From NCBI GenBank assembly GCA_964016885.1, contig OZ024743.1, positions 336,226,001 through 336,290,000 on the forward strand: a DNA stretch of 64,000 bases, read 5' to 3'. Below the pieces are notes generated by a model. That model worked only from the letters and a program-made list of their open reading frames with translations. It searched no databases and was not told where the DNA came from. Origin of the DNA: Eledone cirrhosa. Taxonomy: Eukaryota. Below, piece by piece: positions 43,901 through 55,900 of the stretch (its first letter is position 1; each line of letters starts with the position of its first letter). Position numbers and translations under genes: made by a program.

Positions 43901-46900
43901 GCCCTCTTTCTCTCTCTCTCTATCTCTAGTTTGTCTCCTTCCCTCTTTCTCTCTGTCTCTATCTTCCAGTCTGTCTCCTTCCCTCTTTCTCTCTGCCTCT
44001 ATCTTCCAGTCTGCTTCCTTCCCTCTTTCTCTCTGCCTCTATCTTCCAGTCTGCTTCCTTCCCTCTTTCTCTCTGTCTCTATCTTCCAGTCTGTCTCCTT
44101 CCCTATTTCTCTATGTCTCTATCTTCCAGTCTGTCTCCTTCTCTCTTTCTCTCTGTCTCTATCTTCCAGTCTGTCTCCTTCCCTCTTTCTGTCTGTCTCT
44201 ATCTCCCAGTCCGTCTCCTTCTCTCTTTCTCTCTGTCTCTATCTTTCAGTCTGTCTCCTTCCCTCTTTCTCTCTGTCTCTATCTTCCAGTCTGTCTCCTT
44301 CCCTCTTTCTCTCTGTCTCTATCTTCCAGTCTGTCTCCTTCCCTCTTTCTCTCTGTCTCTATCTTCCAGTCTGTCTCCTTCCCTCTTTCTCTCTGTCTCT
44401 ATCTTCCAGTCTGTCTCCTTCCCTCTTTCTCTCTGTCTCTATCTTCCAGTCTGTCTCCTTCTCTCTTTTTCTCTGTCTCTATCTTCCAGTCTGTCTCCTT
44501 CCCTCTTTATCTCTGTCTGTATCTTCCAGTCTGTCTCCTTCTCTCTTTCTCTCTCTCTCTATCTTCCAGTCTGTCTCCTTCCCTCTTTCTCTCTGTCTCT
44601 ATCTTCCAGTCTGTCTCCTTAACTCTTTCTCTCTGTCTCTATCTTCCAGTCTGCCTCCTTCCCTCTTTCTCTCTATCTCTATCTTCCAGTCTGTCTCCTT
44701 CCCTCTTTCTCTCTGTCTCTATCTTCCAGTCTGACTCCTTCCCTCTTTCTCTCTGTCTCTATCATCCAGTCTGTCTCCTTCTCTCTTTCTCTCTGTCTCT
44801 ATCTTCCAGTCTGTCTCCTTCCCTCTTTCTCTCTGTCTCTATCTTCCAGTCTGTCTCCTTCTCTCTTTCTCTCTCTCTCTATCTTCCAGTCTGTCTCCTT
44901 CCCTCTTTCTCTCTGTCTCTATCTTCCAGTCTGTCTTCTTAACTCTTTCTCTCTGTCTCTATCTTCCAGTCTGCCTCCTTCCCTCTTTCTCTCTATCTCT
45001 ATCTTCCAGTCTGTCTCCTTCCCTCTTTCTCTCTGTCTCTATCTTCCAGTCTGTCTCCTTCCCTCTTTCTCTCTATCTCTATCTTCCAGTCTGGCTCCTT
45101 CCCTCTTTCTCTCTGTCTCTATCTTCCAGTCTGTCTCCTTCCCTCTTTCTCTCTGTCTCTATCTTCCAGTCTGTCTCCTTAACTCTTTCTCTCTGTCTCT
45201 ATCTTCCAGTCTGCCTCCTTCCCTCTTTCTCTCTATCTCTATCTTCCAGTCTGTCTCCTTCCCTCTTTCTCTCTGTCTCTATCTTCCAGTCTGTCTCCTT
45301 CCCTCTTTCTCTCTATCTCTATCTTCCAGTCTGGCTCCTTCCCTCTTTCTCTCTGTCTCTATCTTCCAGTCTGTCTCCTTCCCTCTTTCTCTCTGTCTCT
45401 ATCTTCCAGTCTGTCTCCTTCCCTCTTTCTCTCTGTCTCTATCTTCCAGTCTGTCTCCTTCCCACTTTCTCTCTGTCTCTATCTTCCAGTCTGTCTCCTT
45501 CCCTCTTTCTCTCTGTCTCTATCTTCCAGTCTGTCTCCTTCTCTCTTTCTCTCTGTCTCTATCTTCCAGTCTGTCTCCTTCTCTCTTTCTCTCTCTCTCT
45601 ATCTTCCAGTCTGTCTCCTTCCATCTTTCTCTCTGTCTCTATCTTCCAGTCTGTCTCCTTACCTCTTCCTCTCTGTCTCTATCTTCCAGTCTGCCTCCTT
45701 CCCTCTTTCTCTCTGTCTCTATCTTCCAGTCTGTCTCCTTCCCTCTTTCTCTCTGTCTCTATCTTCCAGTCTGTCTCCTTCTCTCTTTCTCTATGTCTCT
45801 ATCTTCCAGTCTGTCTACTTCCCTCTTTCTCTCTGTCTCTATCTTCCAGTCTGTCTCCTTCCCTCTTTCTCTTTGTCTCTATCTTCCAGTCTGTCTCCTT
45901 CCCTCTTTCTCTTTGTCTCTATCTTCCAGTCTGTCTCCTTCCCTCTTTCTCTCTGTCTCTATCTTCCAGTCTGTCTCCTTCCATCTTTCTCTCTGTCTCT
46001 ATCTTCCAGTCTGCCTCCTTCCCTCTTTCTCTCTGTCTCTATCTTCCAGTCTGTCTCCTTCCCTCTTTCTCTCTATCTCTATCTTCCAGTCTGCCTCCTT
46101 CTCTCTTTCTCTCTGTCTCTGTCTTCCAGTCTGTTTCCTTCCCTCTTTCTCTCTGTCTCTATCTTCCAGTCTGTCTCCTTCCCTCTTTCTCTCTGTCTCT
46201 ATCTTCCAGTCTGTCTCCTCCTCTCTTTCTCTATGTCTCTATCTTCCAGTCTGTCTCCTTCTCTCTTTCTCTCTGTCTCTATTTTCCAGTCTGTCTCCTT
46301 CTCTCTTTCTCTCTGTCTCTATCTTCCAGTCTGTCTCCTTCCCTCTTTCTCTCTGTCTCTATCTTCCAGTCTGTCTCCTTCTCTCTTTCTCTCTGTCTCT
46401 ATCTTCCTGTCTGTCTCCTGCCCTCTTTCTCTCTCTCTCTATCTCTAGTTTGTCTCCTTCCCTCTTTCTCTCTGTCTCTATCTTCCAGTCTGTCTCCTTC
46501 CCTCTTTCTCTCTGCCTCTATCTTCCAGTCTGCTTCCTTCCCTCTTTCTCTCTGCCTCTATCTTCCAGTCTGCTTCCTTCCCTCTTTCTCTCTGTCTCTA
46601 TCTTCCAGTCTGTCTCCTTCCCTCTTTCTCTATGTCTCTATCTTCCAGTCTGTCTCCTTCTCTCTTTCTCTCTGTCTCTATCTTCCAGTCTGTCTCCTTC
46701 CCTCTTTCTGTCTGTCTCTATCTCCCAGTCCGTCTCCTTCTCTCTTTCTCTCTGTCTCTATCTTTCAGTCTGTCTCCTTCCCTCTTTCTCTCTGTCTCTA
46801 TCTTCCAGTCTGTCTCCTTCCCTCTTTCTCTCTGTCTCTATCTTCCAGTCTGTCTCCTTCCCTCTTTCTCTCTGTCTCTATCTTCCAGTCTGTCTCCTTC

Positions 46901-49900
46901 CCTCTTTCTCTCTGTCTCTATCTTCCAGTCTCTCTCCTTCTCTCTTTTTCTCTGTCTCTATCTTCCAGTCTGTCTCCTTCCCTCTTTATCTCTGTCTGTA
47001 TCTTCCAGTCTGTCTCCTTCTCTCTTTCTCTCTCTCTCTATCTTCCAGTCTGTCTCCTTCCCTCTTTCTCTCTGTCTCTATCTTCCAGTCTGTCTCCTTA
47101 ACTCTTTCTCTCTGTCTCTATCTTCTAGTCTGCCTCCTTCCCTCTTTCTCTCTATCTCTATCTTCCAGTCTGTCTCCTTCCCTCTTTCTCTCTGTCTCTA
47201 TCTTCCAGTCTGTCTCCTTCCCTCTTTCTCTCTGTCTCTATCATCCAGTCTGTCTCCTTCTCTCTTTCTCTCTGTCTCTATCTTCCAGTCTGTCTCCTTC
47301 CCTCTTTCTCTCTGTCTCTATCTTCCAGTCTGTCTCCTTCTCTCTTTCTCTCTCTCTCTATCTTCCAGTCTGTCTCCTTCCCTCTTTCTCTCTGTCTCTA
47401 TCTTCCAGTCTGTCTTCTTAACTCTTTCTCTCTGTCTCTATCTTCCAGTCTGCCTCCTTCCCTCTTTCTCTCTATCTCTATCTTCCAGTCTGTCTCCTTC
47501 CCTCTTTCTCTCTGTCTCTATCTTCCAGTCTGTCTCCTTCCCTCTTTCTCTCTATCTCTATCTTCCAGTCTGGCTCCTTCCCTCTTTCTCTCTGTCTCTA
47601 TCTTCCAGTCTGTCTCCTTCCCTCTTTCTCTCTGTCTCTATCTTCCAGTCTGTCTCCTTAACTCTTTCTCTCTGTCTCTATCTTCCAGTCTGCCTCCTTC
47701 CCTCTTTCTCTCTATCTCTATCTTCCAGTCTGTCTCCTTCCCTCTTTCTCTCTGTCTCTATCTTCCAGTCTGTCTCCTTCCCTCTTTCTCTCTATCTCTA
47801 TCTTCCAGTCTGGCTCCTTCCCTCTTTCTCTCTGTCTCTATCTTCCAGTCTGTCTCCTTCCCTCTTTCTCTCTGTCTCTATCTTCCAGTCTGTCTCCTTC
47901 CCTCTTTCTCTCTGTCTCTATCTTCCAGTCTGTCTCCTTCCCTCTTTCTCTCTGTCTCTATCTTCCAGTCTGTCTCCTTCCCTCTTTCTCTCTGTCTCTA
48001 TCTTCCAGTCTGTCTCCTTCTCTCTTACTCTCTGTCTCTATCTTCAAGTCTGTCTCCTTCCCTCTTTCTCTCTGTCTCTATCTTCCAGTCTGTCTCCTTC
48101 TCTCTTTCTCTCTCTCTCTATCTTCCAGTCTGTCTCCTTCCATCTTTCTCTCTGTCTCTATCTTCCAGTCTGTCTCCTTACCCCTTCCTCTCTGTCTCTA
48201 TCTTCCAGTCTGCCTCCTTCCCTCTTTCTCTCTGTCTCTATCTTCCAGTCTGTCTCCTTCCCTCTTTCTCTCTGTCTCTATCTTCCAGTCTGTCTCCTTC
48301 TCTCTTTCTCTATGTCTCTATCTTCCAGTCTGTCTACTTCCCTCTTTCTCTTTGTCTCTATCTTCCAGTCTGCCTCCTTCCCTCTTTCTCTCTGTCTCTA
48401 TCTTCCAGTCTGTCTCCTTCCCTCTTTCTCTTTGTCTCTATCTTCCAGTCTGTCTCCTTCCCTTATTCTCTTTGTCTCTATCTTCCAGTCTGTCTCCTTC
48501 CCTCTTTCTCTCTGTCTCTATCTTCCAGTCTGTCTCCTTCCATCTTTCTCTCTGTCTCTATCTTCCAGTCTGCCTCCTTCCCTCTTTCTCTCTGTCTCTA
48601 TCTTCCAGTCTGTCTCCTTCCCTCTTTCTCTCTATCTCTATCTTCCAGTCTGCCTCCTTCTCTCTTTCTCTCTGTCTCTGTCTTCCAGTCTGTTTCCTTC
48701 CCTCTTTCTCTCTGTCTCTATCTTCCAGTCTGTCTCCTTCCCTCTTTCTCTCTGTCTCTATCTTCCAGTCTGTCTCCTCCTCTCTTTCTCTATGTCTCTA
48801 TCTTCCAGTCTGTCTCCTTCTCTCTTTCTCTCTGTCTCTATCTTCCAGTCTGTCTCCTTCTCTCTTTCTCTCTGTCTGTATCTTCCAGTCTGTCTCCTTC
48901 CCTCTTTCTCTCTGTCTCTATCTTCCAGTCTGTCTCCTTCTCTCTTTCTCTCTGTCTCTATCTTCCTGTCTGTCTCCTGCCCTCTTTCTCTCTCTCTCTA
49001 TCTCTAGTCTGTCTCCTTCCCTCTTTCTCTCTGTCTCTATCTTCCAGTCTGTCTCCTTCCCTCTTTCTCTCTGCCTCTATCTTCCAGTCTGCTTCCTTCC
49101 TTCTTTCTCTCTGTCTCTATCTTCCAGTCTGTCTCCTTCCCTCTTTCTCTATGTCTCTATCTTCCAGTCTGTCTCCTTCTCTCTTTCTCTCTGTCTCTAT
49201 CTTCCAGTCTGTCTCCTTCCCTCTTTCTCTCTGTCTCTATCTTCCAGTCTGTCTCCTTCCCTCTTTCTCTCTGTCTCTATCTTCCAGTCTGTCTCCTTCC
49301 CTCTTTCTCTCTGTCTCTATCTTCCAGTCTGTCTCCTTCCCTCTTTCTCTCTGTCTCTATCTTCCAGTCTGTCTCCTTCCCTCTTTCTCTCTGTCTCTAT
49401 CTTCCAGTCTGTCTCCTTCTCTCTTTCTCTCTGTCTCTATATTCCAGTCTGTCTCCTTCCCTCTTTCTCTCTGTCTCTATCTTCCAGTCTGTCTCCTTCT
49501 CTCTTTCTCTCTCTCTCTATCTTCCAGTCTGTCTCCTTCCCTCTTTCTCTCTGTCTCTATCTTCCAGTCTGTCTCCTTAACTCTTTCTCTCTGTCTCTAT
49601 CCTTCCAGTCTGCCTCCTTCCCTCTTTCTCTCTATCTCTATCTTCCAGTCTGTCTCCTTCCCTCTTTCTCTCTGTCTCTATCTTCCAGTCTGTCTCCTTC
49701 CCTCTTTCTCTCTATCTCTATCTTCCAGTCTGGCTCCTTCCCTCTTTCTCTCTGTCTCTATCTTCCAGTCTGGCTCCTTCCCTCTTTCTCTCTGCCTCTA
49801 TCTTCCAGTCTGTTTCCTTCCATTTTTCTCTCTGTCTCTATCTTCCAGTCTGTCTCCTTCCCTCTTTCTCTCTATCTCTATCTTCCAGTCTGTCTCCTTC

Positions 49901-52900
49901 CCTCTTTCTCTCTGTCTCTATCTTCCAGTCTGTCTCCTTCCCTCTTTCTCTCTATCTCTATCTTCCAGTCTGGCTCCTTCCCTCTTTCTCTCTGTCTCTA
50001 TCTTCCAGTCTGTCTCCTTCCCTCTTTCTCTCTGTCTCTATCTTCCAGTCTGTCTCCTTCCCTCTTTCTCTCTGTCTCTATCTTCCTGTCTGTCTCCTGC
50101 CCTCTTTCTCTCTCTCTCTATCTCTAGTTTGTCTCCTTCCCTCTTTCTCTCTGTCTCTATCTTCCAGTCTGTCTCCTTCCCTCTTTCTCTCTGCCTCTAT
50201 CTTCCAGTCTGCTTCCTTCCCTCTTTCTCTCTGCCTCTATCTTCCAGTCTGCTTCCTTCCCTCTTTCTCTCTGTCTCTATCTTCCAGTCTGTCTCCTTCC
50301 CTCTTTCTCTATGTCTCTATCTTCCAGTCTGTCTCCTTCTCTCTTTCTCTCTGTCTCTATCTTCCAGTCTGTCTCCTTCCCTCTTTCTGTCTGTCTCTAT
50401 CTTCCAGTCTGTCTCCTTCCCTCTTTCTCTCTATCTCTATCTTCCAGTCTGGCTCCTTCCCTCTTTCTCTCTGTCTCTATCTTCCAGTCTGTCTCCTTCC
50501 CTCTTTCTCTCTGTCTCTATCTTCCAGTCTGTCTCCTTAACTCTTTCTCTCTGTCTCTATCTTCCAGTCTGCCTCCTTCCCTCTTTCTCTCTATCTCTAT
50601 CTTCCAGTCTGTCTCCTTCCCTCTTTCTCTCTGTCTCTATCTTCCAGTCTGTCTCCTTCCCTCTTTCTCTCTATCTCTATCTTCCAGTCTGGCTCCTTCC
50701 CTCTTTCTCTCTGTCTCTATCTTCCAGTCTGTCTCCTTCCCTCTTTCTCTCTGTCTCTATCTTCCAGTCTGTCTCCTTCCCTCTTTCTCTCTGTCTCTAT
50801 CTTCCAGTCTGTCTCCTTCCCTCTTTCTCTCTGTCTCTATCTTCCAGTCTGTCTCCTTCCCTCTTTCTCTCTGTCTCTATCTTCCAGTCTGTCTCCTTCT
50901 CTCTTTCTCTCTGTCTCTATCTTCCAGTCTGTCTCCTTCTCTCTTTCTCTCTCTCTCTATCTTCCAGTCTGTCTCCTTCCATCTTTCTCTCTGTCTCTAT
51001 CTTCCAGTCTGTCTCCTTACCTCTTCCTCTCTGTCTCTATCTTCCAGTCTGCCTCCTTCCCTCTTTCTCTCTGTCTCTATCTTCCAGTCTGTCTCCTTCC
51101 CTCTTTCTCTCTGTCTCTATCTTCCAGTCTGTCTCCTTCTCTCTTTCTCTATGTCTCTATCTTCCAGTCTGTCTACTTCCCTCTTTCTCTCTGTCTCTAT
51201 CTTCCAGTCTGTCTCCTTCCCTCTTTCTCTTTGTCTCTATCTTCCAGTCTGTCTCCTTCCCTCTTTCTCTTTGTCTCTATCTTCCAGTCTGTCTCCTTCC
51301 CTCTTTCTCTCTGTCTCTATCTTCCAGTCTGTCTCCTTCCATCTTTCTCTCTGTCTCTATCTTCCAGTCTGCCTCCTTCCCTCTTTCTCTCTGTCTCTAT
51401 CTTCCAGTCTGTCTCCTTCCCTCTTTCTCTCTATCTCTATCTTCCAGTCTGCCTCCTTCTCTCTTTCTCTCTGTCTCTGTCTTCCAGTCTGTTTCCTTCC
51501 CTCTTTCTCTCTGTCTCTATCTTCCAGTCTGTCTCCTTCCCTCTTTCTCTCTGTCTCTATCTTCCAGTCTGTCTCCTCCTCTCTTTCTCTATGTCTCTAT
51601 CTTCCAGTCTGTCTCCTTCTCTCTTTCTCTCTGTCTCTATTTTCCAGTCTGTCTCCTTCTCTCTTTCTCTCTGTCTCTATCTTCCAGTCTGTCTCCTTCC
51701 CTCTTTCTCTCTGTCTCTATCTTCCAGTCTGTCTCCTTCTCTCTTTCTCTCTGTCTCTATCTTCCTGTCTGTCTCCTGCCCTCTTTCTCTCTCTCTCTAT
51801 CTCTAGTTTGTCTCCTTCCCTCTTTCTCTCTGTCTCTATCTTCCAGTCTGTCTCCTTCCCTCTTTCTCTCTGCCTCTATCTTCCAGTCTGCTTCCTTCCC
51901 TCTTTCTCTCTGCCTCTATCTTCCAGTCTGCTTCCTTCCCTCTTTCTCTCTGTCTCTATCTTCCAGTCTGTCTCCTTCCCTCTTTCTCTATGTCTCTATC
52001 TCCAAGTCTGTCTCCTTCTCTCTTTCTCTCTGTCTCTATCTTCCAGTCTGTCTCCTTCCCTCTTTCTGTCTGTCTCTATCTCCCAGTCCGTCTCCTTCTC
52101 TCTTTCTCTCTGTCTCTATCTTTCAGTCTGTCTCCTTCCCTCTTTCTCTCTGTCTCTATCTTCCAGTCTGTCTCCTTCCCTCTTTCTCTCTGTCTCTATC
52201 TTCCAGTCTGTCTCCTTCCCTCTTTCTCTCTGTCTCTATCTTCCAGTCTGTCTCCTTCCCTCTTTCTCTCTGTCTCTATCTTCCAGTCTCTCTCCTTCTC
52301 TCTTTTTCTCTGTCTCTATCTTCCAGTCTGTCTCCTTCCCTCTTTATCTCTGTCTGTATCTTCCAGTCTGTCTCCTTCTCTCTTTCTCTCTCTCTCTATC
52401 TTCCAGTCTGTCTCCTTCCCTCTTTCTCTCTGTCTCTATCTTCCAGTCTGTCTCCTTCCCTCTTTCTCTCTGGTCTATCTTCCAGTCTGTCTCCTTCCCT
52501 CTTTCTCTCTCTCTCTCTCTATCTTCCTGTCTGTCTCCTTCCCTCTTTCTCTCTGTCTCTATCTTCCAGTCTGTCTCCTTCCCTCTTTCTCTCTGTCTCT
52601 ATCTTCCAGTCTGTCTCCTTCTCTCTTTCTCTATGTCTCTATCTTCCAGTCTGTCTACTTCCCTCTTTCTCTCTGTCTCTATCTTCCAGTCTGTCTCCTT
52701 CCCTCTTTCTCTTTGTCTCTATCTTCCAGTCTGTCTCCTTCCCTCTTTCTCTCTATCTCTATCTTCCAGTCTGGCTCCTTCCCTCTTTCTCTCTGTCTCT
52801 ATCTTCCAGTCTGTCTCCTTCCCTCTTTCTCTCTGTCTCTATCTTCCAGTCTGTCTCCTTAACTCTTTCTCTCTGTCTCTATCTTCCAGTCTGCCTCCTT

Positions 52901-55900
52901 CCCTCTTTCTCTCTATCTCTATCTTCCAGTCTGTCTCCTTCCCTCTTTCTCTCTGTCTCTATCTTCCAGTCTGTCTCCTTCCCTCTTTCTCTCTATCTCT
53001 ATCTTCCAGTCTGGCTCCTTCCCTCTTTCTCTCTGTCTCTATCTTCCAGTCTGTCTCCTTCCCTCTTTCTCTCTGTCTCTATCTTCCAGTCTGTCTCCTT
53101 CCCTCTTTCTCTCTGTCTCTATCTTCCAGTCTGTCTCCTTCCCTCTTTCTCTCTGTCTCTATCTTCCAGTCTGTCTCCTTCCCTCTTTCTCTCTGTCTCT
53201 ATCTTCCAGTCTGTCTCCTTCTCTCTTACTCTCTGTCTCTATCTTCAAGTCTGTCTCCTTCCCTCTTTCTCTCTGTCTCTATCTTCCAGTCTGTCTCCTT
53301 CTCTCTTTCTCTCTCTCTCTATCTTCCAGTCTGTCTCCTTCCATCTTTCTCTCTGTCTCTATCTTCCAGTCTGTCTCCTTACCCCTTCCTCTCTGTCTCT
53401 ATCTTCCAGTCTGCCTCCTTCCCTCTTTCTCTCTGTCTCTATCTTCCAGTCTGTCTCCTTCCCTCTTTCTCTCTGTCTCTATCTTCCAGTCTGTCTCCTT
53501 CTCTCTTTCTCTATGTCTCTATCTTCCAGTCTGTCTACTTCCCTCTTTCTCTTTGTCTCTATCTTCCAGTCTGCCTCCTTCCCTCTTTCTCTCTGTCTCT
53601 ATCTTCGAGTCTGTCTCCTTCCCTCTTTCTCTTTGTCTCTATCTTCCAGTCTGTCTCCTTCCCTTATTCTCTTTGTCTCTATCTTCCAGTCTGTCTCCTT
53701 CCCTCTTTCTCTCTGTCTCTATCTTCCAGTCTGTCTCCTTCCATCTTTCTCTCTGTCTCTATCTTCCAGTCTGCCTCCTTCCCTCTTTCTCTCTGTCTCT
53801 ATCTTCCAGTCTGTCTCCTTCCCTCTTTCTCTCTATCTCTATCTTCCAGTCTGCCTCCTTCTCTCTTTCTCTCTGTCTCTGTCTTCCAGTCTGTTTCCTT
53901 CCCTCTTTCTCTCTGTCTCTATCTTCCAGTCTGTCTCCTTCCCTCTTTCTCTCTGTCTCTATCTTCCAGTCTGTCTCCTCCTCTCTTTCTCTATGTCTCT
54001 ATCTTCCAGTCTGTCTCCTTCTCTCTTTCTCTCTGTCTCTATCTTCCAGTCTGTCTCCTTCTCTCTTTCTCTCTGTCTGTATCTTCCAGTCTGTCTCCTT
54101 CCCTCTTTCTCTCTGTCTCTATCTTCCAGTCTGTCTCCTTCTCTCTTTCTCTCTGTCTCTATCTTCCTGTCTGTCTCCTGCCCTCTTTCTCTCTCTCTCT
54201 ATCTCTAGTCTGTCTCCTTCCCTCTTTCTCTCTGTCTCTATCTTCCAGTCTGTCTCCTTCCCTCTTTCTCTCTGCCTCTATCTTCCAGTCTGCTTCCTTC
54301 CTTCTTTCTCTCTGTCTCTATCTTCCAGTCTGTCTCCTTCCCTCTTTCTCTATGTCTCTATCTTCCAGTCTGTCTCCTTCTCTCTTTCTCTCTGTCTCTA
54401 TCTTCCAGTCTGTCTCCTTCCCTCTTTCTCTCTGTCTCTATCTTCCAGTCTGTCTCCTTCCCTCTTTCTCTCTGTCTCTATCTTCCAGTCTGTCTCCTTC
54501 CCTCTTTCTCTCTGTCTCTATCTTCCAGTCTGTCTCCTTAACTCTTTCTCTCTGTCTCTATCTTCCAGTCTGCCTCCTTCCCTCTTTCTCTCTATCTCTA
54601 TCTTCCAGTCTGTCTCCTTCCCTCTTTCTCTCTGTCTCTATCTTCCAGTCTGTCTCCTTCCCTCTTTCTCTCTATCTCTATCTTCCAGTCTGGCTCCTTC
54701 CCTCTTTCTCTCTGTCTCTATCTTCCAGTCTGTCTCCTTCCCTCTTTCTCTCTGTCTCTATCTTCCAGTCTGTCTCCTTCCCTCTTTCTCTCTGTCTCTA
54801 TCTTCCAGTCTGTCTCCTTCCCTCTTTCTCTCTGTCTCTATCTTCCAGTCTGTCTCCTTCCCTCTTTCTCTCTGTCTCTATCTTCCAGTCTGTCTCCTTC
54901 TCTCTTACTCTCTGTCTCTATCTTCAAGTCTGTCTCCTTCCCTCTTTCTCTCTGTCTCTATCTTCCAGTCTGTCTCCTTCTCTCTTTCTCTCTCTCTCTA
55001 TCTTCCAGTCTGTCTCCTTCCATCTTTCTCTCTGTCTCTATCTTCCAGTCTGTCTCCTTACCCCTTCCTCTCTGTCTCTATCTTCCAGTCTGCCTCCTTC
55101 CCTCTTTCTCTCTGTCTCTATCTTCCAGTCTGTCTCCTTCCCTCTTTCTCTCTGTCTCTATCTTCCAGTCTGTCTCCTTCTCTCTTTCTCTATGTCTCTA
55201 TCTTCCAGTCTGTCTACTTCCCTCTTTCTCTTTGTCTCTATCTTCCAGTCTGCCTCCTTCCCTCTTTCTCTCTGTCTCTATCTTCCAGTCTGTCTCCTTC
55301 CCTCTTTCTCTTTGTCTCTATCTTCCAGTCTGTCTCCTTCCCTTATTCTCTTTGTCTCTATCTTCCAGTCTGTCTCCTTCCCTCTTTCTCTCTGTCTCTA
55401 TCTTCCAGTCTGTCTCCTTCCATCTTTCTCTCTGTCTCTATCTTCCAGTCTGCCTCCTTCCCTCTTTCTCTCTGTCTCTATCTTCCAGTCTGTCTCCTTC
55501 CCTCTTTCTCTCTATCTCTATCTTCCAGTCTGCCTCCTTCTCTCTTTCTCTCTGTCTCTGTCTTCCAGTCTGTTTCCTTCCCTCTTTCTCTCTGTCTCTA
55601 TCTTCCAGTCTGTCTCCTTCCCTCTTTCTCTCTGTCTCTATCTTCCAGTCTGTCTCCTCCTCTCTTTCTCTATGTCTCTATCTTCCAGTCTGTCTCCTTC
55701 TCTCTTTCTCTCTGTCTCTATCTTCCAGTCTGTCTCCTTCTCTCTTTCTCTCTGTCTGTATCTTCCAGTCTGTCTCCTTCCCTCTTTCTCTCTGTCTCTA
55801 TCTTCCAGTCTGTCTCCTTCTCTCTTTCTCTCTGTCTCTATCTTCCTGTCTGTCTCCTGCCCTCTTTCTCTCTCTCTCTATCTCTAGTCTGTCTCCTTCC